This document shows, piece after piece, positions 51,202-64,000 of a stretch of 64,000 nucleotides of DNA (its first letter is position 1; each line of letters opens with the position of its first letter). Both the position numbers and the translations under genes were made by a program. Origin of the DNA: Squalus acanthias (Eukaryota). Where the stretch lies: contig CM059433.1 of assembly GCA_030390025.1 (NCBI GenBank), positions 248,001-312,000 on the forward strand, read 5' to 3'. Below the pieces are notes generated by a model. That model ran no database searches, was not told where the DNA came from, and saw only the letters and a list, made by a program, of their open reading frames with translations.

Positions 51202-51945
51202 GGGACAAAACTTCGGCACGTGTACTCACCCGTAAGGCCTCCTGCAGTGCCGGTTTCCTGCATACACTGCGCATGCGCGGGAAACCGGAACTTCCGGTCT
51301 GGTGAAGGGGGCGGTTCCTAGGTGAACCGCGTGCGCGGTAGAGGCTGCGCGCACGCAGCAAACTTAGGTTTTTTTTCAGGTTTCTCCAGGAGGTTAAGTA
51401 TTGAAGAACCTGCGCTTTTAAAAAGGAGGCGCAGGACCCGTTTTCAACAAGGTAAGTGGTTAATTAATTATAATTTAAACATTTTTTCAACAGGTTTATC
51501 TTTTTTAGATACTTTAAAGAAAGGTAAGTTTATTTTTAGCACTGTTAAAAAGTATTTTAATTTTTTCAAAAATGTAAATTTTTGTTTAAAGTAGTTAATT
51601 TATTTAACTTATAGTTATTTTATAAATGTGATGGTTTGTTTTTAATTTATTTGAAGTTTAGCTGTTCTTTTGGGGCCAATTTCAATTCACAGATTTGACA
51701 GGTCTCCTGTCAAATCTATGAATGAAAGATGGTCTGCTGCCATTGGCTCTCCATGGCCCACGTGATCCCAGGGGACGCATTGCACTAACTACGCCCCTGG
51801 GACACGCAAGCACTGCGCGCCGGCACTTGGAGCAGGCCCAGGAGCTGAAGTTCCCGTGGGCCCAGAGGTCAACGGCAGGCGCGGTAGGTAAGTGCGCGCG
51901 CGATCCTTACCCCCGCGGCAAGCCAGAGAGGCGAATTTCAGGGCC
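51202..51945. mobile_element. MITE (Harbinger-like), 744 bp
   Basis: Interrupts CR1 gacata|gactgg with ATA duplicated; imperfect TIRs GGGACAAAACTTCG / CGAATTTCAGGGCC; AT-rich core. Confidence 0.75.
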
Positions 51946-52188
51946 ATAGACTGGCTGGTGAAATGGGCGGACACGTGACAGATGAAATTTAACACAGAAA
52001 AGTGCGAAGTGATACATTTTGGTAGGAAGAATGAGGAAAAGCAATATAAACTAAAGGGTACAATTCTAAAGGGGGTGCATGAACAGAGAGACCTGTGGGT
52101 ATATGTACAAAAATCGTTGAAGGTGGCAGGGCAGGTTGAGAAAGCGGTTAAAAAAGCATATGGGATCCTGGGCTTCATAAATAGAGGC

Positions 52189-52388
52189 CATGATGCGGAG
52201 ATGCCGGTGTTGGACTGGGGTGGACAAAAGTGAGAAGTCGTACAACACCAGGTTATAGTCCAACAGCTTTATTTGAAATCACAAGCTTTCGGAGCGCTGC
52301 TCCTTCGTCAGGTGAAGCAGCGCTCTGAAAGCTTGTGATTTCAAATAAAGCTGTTGGACTATAACCTGGTGTTGTGCGACTTCTCACT
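52189..52388. mobile_element. Palindromic Penelope-like element terminus
   Basis: ~75-bp inverted arms (52227-52301, 52316-52390) with 2 mismatches; 15-bp TSD TTCATAAATAGAGGC (52174-52188, 52389-52403). Confidence 0.8.
52279..52315 (-). ncRNA. Minimal type I hammerhead ribozyme motif
   Basis: UCAC-CUGACGA-A-GGAGC-AGC-GCUCC-GAAA-GC-UU-GUGA: stem I UCAC/GUGA, stem II GGAGC/GCUCC, palindromic AAGCUU in place of stem III. Confidence 0.7.
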
Positions 52389-53159
52389 TTCATAAATAGA
52401 GGCATAGAGTGCAAAAGCAAGGAAGTTATGATGAACTTTTATAAAACACTGGTTCAGCCTCAACTGGGGTATTGTGTCCAATTCTGGGCACCACACTTTG
52501 GGAAGGATGTGAAGGCCTTAGAGAGGGTGCAGAAAAGATTTACAAGAATGGTTCCAGGGCTGAGGGACTTCAGTTACGTGAATAGACTGGAGAAGCTGGG
52601 GTTGTTCTCCTTAGAGCAGAGAAGGTTGAGAGGAGATTTGATACAGGTGTTCAAAATCATGAGGGGTCTGGACCGAGTAGATAGAGAGAAACTGTTCCCA
52701 TTGGTGGAAGGCTCGAGAACCAGAGGACACAGATTCAAGGTGATTGGCAGAAGAACCAAAGGCGACATGAGGAAAAACTTTTTTACGCAGCGAGTGGTTA
52801 TGATCTGGAATGCACTGCCTGAAAGGGTGGTGGAGGCAGAATCAATCCTGGCTTTCAAAAGGGAATTGGATAAGTACCTGAAGGAAAAAAATTTGCAGGG
52901 CTACGGGGAAAGGGCGGGGGAGTGGGATTAGCTGGAAGTGCTCTTGCAGAGAGCTGGTACGGGCTCAACGGGCCGAATGGCCTCCCTCTGTGCTGTAACC
53001 ATTCTATGATTCTATTGACCATCTGTGTGCAATGCCATGGGAAATCGACTAGTACGTGTCTATATATTCTTTGAGAAGAGCAGTGGTCCCTACATGTAAG
53101 TAATTACTTTAGACAGAAAAAAATCTTGAACCCATGTAAATTTACATATAAGTATATAT

Positions 53160-53860
53160 GAATATACGAACAATAACGGACAGGAAAAGATCCTCTGGAC
53201 CATCCAGCCTGTCCCACACAATTGTGATACATTGTGTATTACAATATATACACTCCCCACCCAAAAACCATGTGATCTGCTGGGAGAGGCAAAAAAAGAT
53301 AAAAACCCAGGCCAATTTGAGGAAAAAATCCTCTCGAGACCCCCTTAGGTGATCAAACCGAATCCTGGAAATCAATCTGGTCCTGCTAATTCCTTGTAAG
53401 AGGTGATCTCCACCCCAGCCAGAAACAGATCCAGCTCTCGCTTGAAGGAATTCAGCGAATCAGCATTCACCGCACAAGCCGGCAGCCTGTTCCACTATTC
53501 TCTGAGAAAAGAACCACCTCCTGACATTTAAGCTCGATCTGGCCTTGTACAACTCAAAATTATGACCCCACTGGTCCTCCCTAACCTATTTAATTGGAAC
53601 AAACTGTCAACTCGAACACAATCTATTCCCTTCGTCATCTTATAAACCGCAATCAGATCACCCCTAAGTCTACGTTTCTTTAAAGTGCACAATCCCAGCT
53701 CTTTTAGCTTATCTTGATAACTAAGATGCTTTAAACTGGGAATTTGTCCAGTGGCTCTACTCTGCACCCTTTCCAAAAACTGTATTTCACCAACCATGTG
53801 AGGAGACCAAAACTGGATGCAGTATTCTAACTGAGGCCAGACCAAGATCTTGTACAAGGA
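53160..53860 (-). mobile_element. CR1 LINE 3' fragment, divergent subfamily
   Basis: ORF 53528-53857 (PQLEYCIQFWSP..RRLRGDLI); distinct longer 3' UTR. Confidence 0.85.
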
Positions 53861-53909
53861 AAAAAATATATTGTTTTATAGTGAATTGTCTTATAAATGC
53901 ACTCCAACA

Positions 53910-54372
53910 GTGTCAGCCATGGCTCAGTAGGTAGCACCCTCACCTCTGAGTCAGAAGGTTGTGGGTTCAAGTCCCACTCCAGAGATTTGAGCACAAAAAT
54001 CTAGGCTGACACTCCAGTGCAGTACTGAGGGAGTGCTGCACTGTCGGAGGTGCCGTCTTTCGGATGAGACGTTAAACTGAGGTCCCGTCTGCTCTCTCAG
54101 GTGGATGTAAAAGATCCCTTGGCACTATTTTGAAGAAAAGCAGGGGAGTTCTCCTCGGTGTCCTGGCCAATATTTATCCCTCAATCAACCATCGCTAAAA
54201 CACATGATATGGTCATTATCACATTGCTGTTTGTGGGAGCTTGCTGTGTGCAAATTGGCTGCCGCATTTCCTACATTACAACAGTGACTACACTTCAAAA
54301 AGTACTTCATTCACTGTAAAGCGCTTTGGGATGTCCATGAAAGGTGCTATAGAAATGTAAGTCTTTTTTTTT
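53910..54372 (+). mobile_element. tRNA-derived Deu-type SINE
   Basis: A/B boxes; colinear with 13360-13810. Confidence 0.87.
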
Positions 54373-55291
54373 CCTGCAGCAGTCGAGCATCGTCTACAGT
54401 CCCAACACTCGCAGATCTTAGAATCATCTGCGGGTCGTGTCTCCAACACCTACATCTAAATCATTAGTAAAAATAGTAAAGATGAGAGAATGTGACTCCA
54501 ATTAATGGTTCTTCACGCTCAGATAAAGCCATCTTCTGATAATCATCTTGTAATCATAGGTTTTGCGTGATATGGTTTTATTTTCACATGGGAGGTTTTT
54601 CATATCAGGTTGGGAACACAATGATTTACTACTGTTCTATCATTCCAATCTGACATTTGAAGTTTTGGAACCTATGAGACTAGCATGTTGCCATTTATAT
54701 CTCAAATAAAAACAACTCATTCTTTAATCTCCCTCTTTCATGGTCAGGAAACAGCGAGGCTCCATTTAGCAGCTCACACCAAGGGCACAGCAGAGATCAC
54801 GTAATTGCAATGTAGGGAATCACATATGAGAACCTGCGTCATACATAAGGATGTAAACAGCAGTTTGTTAGCACCGCTGTTAAAACATCATTGGCACCAG
54901 CGCTAAAAGAAACCTGCAATTTGCTTTCGTGTCAAGTTTAACATTGCTTTTGAACTACTGCGCGCATTGTTTACCCTACAATAGCAAGTCAAACAAGCTC
55001 ATTCAATTTGAAATAGCTGAATAAGTGAAAATGGCAATACCATAATGGGTGCACATTGTTAAGAGATCACAATCTTCGTGAAAGGATTTGGCAAACAGGT
55101 TTTCATTTGCTCTCAAACACGCAGCGCAGTTACATAAATCGCACCAATATGCATTATTGTAATAAAAGTGACCTTCACCTCTTCCAGCTCTTCTCCCTCG
55201 CAAACAAAATAAAGTAGGCCAAACACTTTTCCCCAAAGATACTGCCTCTTTAAGGACAGAGCATAGTGAAAATGAGAAATTAAATAAGAAA

Positions 55292-56630
55292 GGCAAATGG
55301 TATGCTGGCCTTCATTATAAGAGGATTTGAGTACAGGAGTAAAGAAGTCTTACTCCAATTATATAGGGCCTTGGTGAGACCACACCTGGAGTACTGTGTA
55401 TAATTTTGGTCTCCTTACCTAAGGAAGGATATACTTGCCATAGAGGGAGTGCAACAAAGGTTCACGAGATTGATTCCTGGGATGGCGGGACTGTCGTATG
55501 AGAAGAGATTGAGTAAACTAGGCCTGTATTCTCTTGAATTCAGAAGAATGAGAGGGGATCTCATTGAAGCATACAAAATTATTACAGGGCTTGATAGGGT
55601 GGATGCTGGGAGAATGGTTCCCTTGGCTGGGGAGTCTAGAACCAGGGGCTACAGCCACAGGATAACGGGTAGGCCATTCAGGACTGAGATGAGAAGAAAT
55701 CTCTTCACACAGAGGGTGGTGAATCTTTGGAATTCTCTACCCCAGAGGGTTGTGGAGGCTCAATCATTGGGTATATTCAAAACAGAAGTCGATAGATTTC
55801 TGAGTAGTAAGGGCATCAAGGGATATGGCGATAGGGCCGGTGAATGGAGTTGAGGCAGAAGATTAGCCATGATCTCATTGAAACATAGAAGATAGGAGCA
55901 GGAGTCGGCCATTCAGCCCCTCGAGCCTGCTCCGCCATTCAATGAGATCATGGCTGATCATTCAAATTCAGTACCCTGTCCCTGCCTTCTCCCCATATCC
56001 CTTGATCCCTTTAGCTTTAAGAAACATATCTAACTCCTTCTTGAATATATTTAATGAATTGGCCTCAACTGCCTTCTGTGGTAGAGAATTCCACAGGTTC
56101 ACCACTCTCTGGGTGAAGAAATTCCTCCTCATCTCAGTCCTAAATGGCTTACCCCTTATCCTTAGACTGTGACCCCTGGTTCTGGACTCCCCCGCCATCG
56201 GGAACATCCTTCCTGCATCTAGTCTGTCTAGTCCTGTTAGAATTTTATAAGTTTCAATGAGATCCCCTCTCATTCTTCTAAACTCCAGCAAGTATAAGCC
56301 CAATCGACCCAATCTCTCCTCATACGTCATTCCTGCCATCCCAGGTATCAGCCTGGTGAATCTTCGCTGCACTCCCTCCATGGCACGAACATCCTTCCTC
56401 AGATAAGGTGACCAAAACTGCACACAATACTCAAGATGTGATCTCACCAAGGCCCGGTACAACTGCAGCAGGACATCCTTGTTCCTGTACTCGAACCCTT
56501 TCGCTACGAAGGCCAACATACCATTTGCCTTCTTACCCGCCTGCTGCACCTGCATGCTTACCTTCAGAATGGCGGAGTAGGTTCGAAGGGCCGAATAGCC
56601 TACTCCTGCTCCTATTTCTTATGTTCTTAT
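55292..56630 (+). mobile_element. CR1 LINE 3' fragment whose 3' UTR is split by an antisense CR1
   Basis: ORF 55449-55853; the UTR resumes at 56568 (gaatggcggagtagg..ttatgttctta). Confidence 0.9.
55883..56567 (-). mobile_element. CR1 LINE 3' fragment (same subfamily as 1089-4790)
   Basis: ORF 55968-56555; ATGTTTC tail. Confidence 0.93.
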
Positions 56631-57303
56631 AAGCTTGTTGATAATGCAACATAAAGCTTCAAAAGCATTATTTAAAACAATGCTATTTGCAAACAGCTAT
56701 TGTCCCAGCTGCACACTAAAACCTTTTTACTTCAGACCAAAATGAGAACCATTTCAACCCTGTAAAAGGTTTGTTATTATGTTTAACATGGTAATAACAG
56801 TCAAGGTGTCTAAATACAGAGACTGGACTGAATTTACTACCTGATAAAATTGTGCTGTTGCCTTGGTATTCCGACTTTAGATGCACACTCACAAAATGAT
56901 GCTGGTTCTGCACTGATATGAATATTTATCAGCAGGGCAAATGTGATGAGTATTTTCATTTTATTACAACCCCTGTTTAAATAAACAAAGACCTATAGTG
57001 TTACTGGATGATTTATATTTTGTACCGAATTAAATACTTGCGAATCTGAATGTATCATATGAATAACTTAATTATAAATGCGTTTACAAAGCTCAACCAA
57101 CTGAAAAATAAATTAGTCAGTGTAACATTAAAAAGAAAATCATAAATTTCACCTGTGTTTTTCATTTGCTTTATAAACTTTATGATGAATGCTATAAAAA
57201 GGTTTGTTAAATTATTTGTGCAGAGTTCAGTTTTCAGTGAGAAAAACATGTACTTGAAGAACTGACTTTACAAAAAGTTTAGAGCCCTTTTAAAAGGAAT
57301 ATC

Positions 57304-57428
57304 GGCCTAGTAATTGGATCATACCTGAATCCGCACTTCTGATGCAGAATGAGCGTGTGCACGCCGCCCGCCTTATAGGACCCTTAGGCACCTGTAAAAC
57401 GGGCGCAGTGCGATCCAATTTCTAGGCC
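57304..57428. mobile_element. Tiny MITE, 125 bp
   Basis: 17-bp TIR GGCCTAGTAATTGGATC / GATCCAATTTCTAGGCC (1 mismatch); flanks ATC/TTC. Confidence 0.75.
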
Positions 57429-59844
57429 TTCTTTTGCCAAAATGTCTTGCAATATAATCTGAATATGGGAAATCTTGTTCTATAATCTTTCTGATTTAAT
57501 TGGTGTGTTGGTCAACATATATCTATAACAACCCCTGCACACTTACTGTATCTCACCGTATATTGCCAGTGATGCTAATGCAACATTTGTGAAAGTTAAC
57601 AGAACATGGAAACTCGAAAGATCAGTTGCCCACATTTTCTTCATTGTATTAAACCCAACTGGATGTTGATAAACTATGCCGATTATGATATGTTCTAAAT
57701 TTGCCTTGACCATTCGACCCACCGTGCCTGTGCCAGTGCCTGAACTCTCCAATTAGTCCCAGGCCCTGCTCTTTCCACATAGCCTTACAAAGTTTTCCTT
57801 TGCAATTACACTATTTTACAATGCATTACAAATGTCTGAGTGAACGCCTGACTTTATCCATTCAGTTACATTATCTGCAGATGAAAGTCACACTTTCCTA
57901 CTGTACTATTTCAACTGAGATATCTTGACATTAAACACGGAAACAAGCAATAGTGGCATGTAAGACTCCCAAGCCAACAAAATCACTAATTTGCTGGTTT
58001 TACAGAAAATCTCACACCTATCCTAAAACATTGAACTGAATCCCACTATTTTAACACTGCAGATTAAAGGGCATAATGTGAGGAAAATATCTGGGTGTCT
58101 GAGAAACCTATTTTTCATTTTAGCTCCCAATTGTTTTTCCTGACTGGTAATGAGCACCATCTGCTGGTCATTAACTGTAGTCTTGAATGGGCTGTCAACC
58201 AGCTGAGCAACTCCAGGTATGGGGTATAAACTCAGAATTAAAAGGTAAGTGGCCCTAGCTCTACGTAATGTCATCAGTTTTACACCACTAATCGATTTAT
58301 GTAAAATGGTCTTTCTCGGTTACCTTTTATTTCAGCAGAAAAACAAAACCACTCTGAACTTCAATGAAATTCAAAAAAAATACTGAGAAATTTGCCTCTT
58401 AGTGAAGCCAATGGTTTGGTCTTTAGACTAAAATGTTCATTTGAAGATTGCTTCCAGACAATTCAGTTTGATGATCTGTGACTGTTTAAGAACAATATAT
58501 TAGGAATTTAATTTAGGTTTTGGAACTGGTCCCTAACAATCAGACAATCATATGATTTATGCTTTAATATTAATTTGGCAGGTCACTTTTTTGTGCTTTT
58601 TATATATTATTTATTGGGTGACTGGATAAATTTCAAAACTATAGACAATCAAATAAGTGGCACATGTAGAATATACTGCAGCAGCTGCAAAGAATCTTAT
58701 TCCAATTTGTTTCAAATTTTATTTGAATTCCAGAGGCCTTTGCCCGACCCTTTAAAAATATGATCTACGTAAAGAACAATCCACTACAACATTGTCAAGG
58801 CATCTGAATCCACAGCTTAGATTCAGCTTCCATAACACTGCAGTCATTTCCTCAAGCAGATTCAGTTGAGAATGTGGCTGGGAGCTGACTCTTACTGCTC
58901 TGTTGAGCTAACCACCAGGAGGTGGTTCATCCGCCTTCCCCTGGAGTAAACCTTCCGACCTTTCTTTGATGGTTAGCTCTAGTACTCTGGCTGGGATTGG
59001 AAACTTCCCGCCCGGGGAACGACAGGTACAAAATCAGTTGCCGCTTCTCCTTGATAGGACAGATTAAACCACTGTCTTGGCTGCTTTGAATTTTTTGAGC
59101 TGTAGCACGTGTGCTTAAACAACTGAAGGTCAATACTGCCTTGAATCCACAAAGGGTCGGTATAGACTGACATGATCAAATATTACGTAGGACACAATGG
59201 TTCCTGTGCTGTGGGGTGAATGCTATCAGTGAAAGACAATTGGCCGAGGTTGAATAGTAAAGATGTGGAAAAGGATGAGTATTCTGGATTTTTGCTTGAT
59301 AACCTCGGGGTGTGCTTATTGCAAACCCTTCCTCGGGTGATGAAGTGGGCTGCTTAGAATCTATAATGGGGTAAATTGAAAATGGTTTGGTGAAAAAGCA
59401 AGCTCAGATGGCTGCATGGTATCTTCTCATTGTTTTCTTATGATCTGAAAACTCAGAAACGTTTCAACAGATTGAATTTACCCACTTCATAGTCAAAGAA
59501 AACATAAATTTTCATCTTACTAAAGGTCTATGGAAGAGCCATGGAAATTTGATTATTTTAAAGTGAGATTTTTAGGGGAAAATACAATAAATAGGACACA
59601 TTGACAGATAAATACTTCCCATTGACAGTACTTGCCTTGGGAATTATCTTCTCCTTTAATTAGCTTTAATTTGAGGGGTGCACTATCCTTAACCCTAATC
59701 ACATCCATTCCACCATTTTGAAATGATGTAAACATAAATTGAAAAGTAGTGGAAATATCCCCAAAACAGTCACAGAGCTTTGTGGAATTGAATAATTGCC
59801 TGCTATATTCAAAAGGAGTTGTCAGTCAAATTGGCAAGGGTAGC

Positions 59845-62800
59845 CAATACATAGAATGTATTCGGGATGGTTTCTTAGAACAATATGTTGTGGAACCAAC
59901 CAGGGAGAAGGCTATTTTAGATCTGGTAATGTGTAATGAGACAGGATTAATTAATGATCTCATAGTAAAGGATCCTCTAGGGAAGAGTGATCATAGCATG
60001 ATAGAATTTCAAATTCAGTTTGAGGGTGAGAAACTTGGGTCTCAAACTAGTGTCCTAAACTTAAATAAAGGCAATTACAAAGGTATGAAGACAGAGTTGG
60101 CTATAGTAGACTGGGAAAGTAGATTAATGGGTAAGACCGTAGATAAGCAGTGGCAGACATTTAAGGAGATATTTCATAACTCTCAGCAAAGGTTTATTCC
60201 AGTGAGAAAGAAAGGTTCTACAAGAAGGATGAACCATCCGTGGCTAACTAAGGAAGTTAAGGATAGGCATACAATGTTGCGAAGATTAGTGGTAGGCAAG
60301 AGGATTGGGAAATTTTTAGAAACCAGCAAAGGATGACTAAAAAAGTAATAAAGAGGGAGAAGATAGATTATGAAAGTAAACTAGCAAAAAATATAAAAAC
60401 AGACAGTAAGAGCTTCTACAGGTATATAAAAAGGAAGAGAGTAGCTAAAGTAATCATAGAATCATAGAAAGTTACAGCACGGAAGGAGGCCATTTCAGCC
60501 CATCGTGTCTGCGCCGGCCAACAAAGAGCTATCCAGCCTAATCCCACTTCCCAGCTCTTGGTCCATAGCCCTGCAGGTTAGAGCATCCCAAGTGCACATC
60601 CAAGTACTTTTTAAATGTGGTTAGGGTTCCTGCCTCTACCACCCTTTCAGGCAGTGAGTTCCAGACCCCCACAACCCTCTGGGTGAAGAAATTTCCCCTC
60701 AAATCCCTTCTAAACCTTCCACCAATTATTTTAAATCTGTGCCCCCTGGTTTTTGACCCCTCTGCTAAGGGAAATAGGTCCTTTCTCTCCACTTTATCTA
60801 GGTCCCTCATAATTTTATACACCTCAATAAGGTCTCCCCTCAGCCTCCACGGTTCCAAGGGAAACAGACCCAGCCTATCCAGTCTTTCCTTATAGCTAAG
60901 ATTCTCTACTCCTGGCAACATCCTTGTAAATCTCCTCTGTACCCTCTCTAGTGCAATCACATCTTTCTTGTAATGTGGTGACCAGAACTGTACGCAATAC
61001 TCTAGCTGAGGCCTAACTAGTGTTTTATACAGTTGAAGCATAACCCCCCTGCTCTTGTATTCTATGCCATGGCTAATAAAGGCAAGCTTTCCGTATGCCT
61101 TCTTAACCATCTTATCTACCTGGCCTGCTACCTTCAGGGATCTGTGGACATGCACTCCAAGGTCCCTTTGTTCCTCTACACTACTCAGTGTCCTACCATT
61201 TAATGTGTATTCCCTTTCCTTGTTAGCCCTCCCCATATGCATTACCTCACACTTCTCCGGATTTAATTTCATTTGCCACTGTTCTGCCCACCTGACCAAT
61301 TTATTGATATCTTCCTGCAGTCTACAGCTTCCTTCTTCAGTATCAACCACACAGCCGATTTTAGTATCATCCACAAACTTCTTAATCATACCCCCTATAT
61401 TCAAGTCTAGATCATTGATATATACCACAAAAAGCAAGGTACCTAGCACTGAGCCCTGCGGAACCCCACTGGAAACAGACTTCCAGTCACAAAAACACCC
61501 ATCAACCATTACCCTCTGCTTCCTGTCTCCAAGCCAGTTTTGAATCCAACTTGACACTTTGCCCTGGATCCCATGGGCTTTTAACTTCGTGACCAGTCTG
61601 CCATGTGGAACCTTATCAAAAGCCTTGCTAAAGCTCATATAAACTACATCAAATGCACTACCCTCATCTACCCTCCTTGTTACCTCCTCAAAAAATTCAA
61701 TCATGTTTGTCAGACACGACCTTCCCTTAACAAATCCGTACTCACTATCCTTGATTAATCCGTGTCTTTCTAAATGATGTTAGTCCCTTAGAGGACGGGA
61801 CTGGAGAACTAATAATGGGATACAAGGAATTGGCAGAGACTTTAAACAAATATTTTGTATCGGTCTTCATGGTAGAAGACACTAAAAGCATTCCAATAAT
61901 AATTGATAATCAAGGGGCTATAGGGAGGGAGGAACTTAAAACAATCACTATCACTAGAGAAAAAGTACTAGGCAAACTAATGGGACTAAAGGCTAACAAG
62001 TCCCCTGGACCTGATAGGCTACATCCTAGGGTCTTAAAAGTAGTGGCTGCAGAGATAGTGGATACGTTGGTTGTAATCTACCAAAATTCCCTGGATTCTG
62101 GAGAGGTCCCATCGGATTGGAAAACCGCAAATGTAACGCCCCTTTTCAAGAAAGGAGGGAGGCAGAAAGCAGGAAACTATAGGCCAGTTAGTCTAACATC
62201 TGTCATTGGGAAAATGCTGGAATCCATTATGAAGGAAGTAATAGCAGGACATTTAGAAAATCATAATACAATCAGGGAGAGTCAACATAGTTTTATGAAA
62301 GGGAAATCGTGTTTGACAAATTTACTGCAGTTCTTTGAGGATGTAACGAGCAGCCTGGATAAAGGGGAACCAGTAGATGTTGTGTATTTGGATTTCCAGA
62401 AGGCACTCGATAAGGTACCACATAAAAGGTTACTGCACATGATAAGAGCTCATGGGGTTGGGGGTAATATATTAGCATGGATAGAGGATTGGCTAACTAA
62501 CAGAAAACAAAGAGTCGGGATAAATGGGTCATTTTCTGGTTGGCAAGCTGTAACTAGTGGGGTGCCACAAGGGTCAGTGCTGGGGCCTCAACTACTTACA
62601 ATCTACATTAATGACTTGGATGAAGGGTCCATGTGTACTGTAGCCAAATTTGCTGATGATACAAAGATAGGTGAGAAAGCAAGTTGTGAGGAGGACACAA
62701 AGAGTCTGCAAAGGGATATAGATAGGTTAAGTGAGTGGGCAAAAATTTGGCAGGTGGAGTATAATGTGGGAAAATGTGAGGTTATCCACTTTGGTAGGAA

Positions 62801-63595
62801 AACTAAAAAAGCAAATTATTATTTAAATGGAGAGAGACTGCATAATGCTGTGTTACAGAGGGATCTGGTGGTCCTCGTACATGAAACACAAAAAGTTAGC
62901 ATGCAGGTACAGCAAGTAATTAGGAATGGAATGTTGGCCTTTATTGCAAGGGGGATGGAGTATAAATGTAGAGAAGTCTTGCTACAACTGTACAGGGCTC
63001 TGGTGAGACCACACCTGGAGTACTGCATGCAGTTTTGGTCTCCTTATTTAAGGAGGGATATATTGCATTGGAGGCAGTTCAGAGAAAGTTCACTAGGTTA
63101 ATTCCTGAGATGAAGGAGTTGTCTTATGAAGAAAGGTTGAGCAGGTTGGGCCTATACTCATTGGAGTTTAGAAGAATGAGAGGTGATCTTATTGAAACAT
63201 ATAAGATTCTGAGGGGGATTGACAGGGTAGATGCAGGGAGGATGTTTCCCCTTGTGGGGGAATCTAGAACTAGGGGGCAGAGTTTCAGGATAAGGGGGCG
63301 CCCATTTAAAACGGAGATGAGGAAGAATTTCTTCTCTCAGAGGGTCATGAATCTTTGGAATTCTCTACCCCAGAGAGCTGTGGAGGCGGAGTCATTGAAT
63401 ATATTCAAGGCAGAGATAAACATATATTTGAGCTACAGGGGAGTCAAGGGGTTATGGGGAGCGGGCGGGAAAGTGGCTTTGAGGTCAAGATCAGATCAGC
63501 CATGATCTTATTGAATGGCGGGGCAGGCTCGCGGGGCAGGCTCAAGGGGCCGAATGGCCTACTCTTTCTCCTATTTCTTATGTTCTTATGTTCAT
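59845..63595 (+). mobile_element. CR1 LINE, partial EN + RT, frameshifted
   Basis: ORFs 59749-60336 (LGKSDH), 61815-63101 (FADD) and 63035-63505; TTATGTTC tail. Confidence 0.94.
60454..61778 (-). mobile_element. CR1 LINE RT-3' end nested antisense
   Basis: 388-aa ORF 60538-61704; (ATTCTATG)n tail. Confidence 0.94.
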
Positions 63596-64000
63596 AGACA
63601 TAACTTATAAATAAATCACGCAGTTGTTTATGTTTGAATTGTATGGCTTAGCTCCTCCCTCAAGCTATCTGCTCATAAACCAAACTGACTAGTAGTCCTT
63701 ACAACATTGTACTGAGTTACTTTGGAACCTGATTCTAAATGTAGCTGTGTTTTAACTCCTGGTGATTGTAGAGGGAAGGAAATATTGAGCTAGGTAAGGA
63801 ATGCCACAGTTTTGAGTCCTAGGTTAAGAATGTAGGAGACTATGACGTGCTGTAATTTCAACACAGTGGTGATTTCGGGATGAGGAAGATTATGTAAGGT
63901 GACATAATTGGAGCTTAAAAGGAAGAAGAGAGGGAACTTGAGAGGAACAGTGATATGACAAAATAGAGAAAGTCAAGAAAGGCTACAATGAGGGAAAGAG

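Larger units (their letters stand above)
51089..53015 (+). mobile_element. CR1 LINE 3' part with nested MITE and Penelope-like hairpin
   Basis: ISKFADDTKLG (51103), ORFs 51982-52233 and 52374-52931; ATTCTATG tail. Confidence 0.92.

Noticed and set aside
57556..59370. Further exon-like segments (57557-57694 -, 58124-58244 +, ~59190-59370 -)
   Set aside because: Conflicting strands, weak signals and unrecognised peptides.

Overview
Eukaryotic, repeat-saturated DNA, most likely from a shark or other cartilaginous fish. This is inferred from HER1-like CR1 LINEs, an HE1/V-SINE-like SINE and Deu-type SINEs; the species cannot be determined. No host protein-coding gene can be supported; one 120-nt candidate exon is reported at low confidence. 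Contents: (1) about 20 mostly 5'-truncated CR1 LINE copies from several subfamilies with different octamer tails, including a young pair about 99% identical and one ~885-codon open EN-RT frame; (2) a second LINE family with a 5' inversion and a local duplication; (3) a near-complete but inactivated PIF/Harbinger transposon (45666-49750) with a DDE transposase and a convergent three-exon Myb/SANT gene, plus decayed Harbingers and at least six MITEs; (4) three probable solo LTRs; (5) tRNA-derived SINEs; (6) a ~1.5-kb higher-order tandem repeat built on a ~60-bp satellite; (7) a 200-bp palindromic Penelope-like insertion carrying a minimal hammerhead ribozyme motif. I cannot show that any of this is a previously undescribed system. 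The best leads are the hammerhead-bearing hairpin, a conserved hairpin shared by two divergent LTRs, and the Harbinger insertion cluster. Family names come from recall of motifs, not from database searches.
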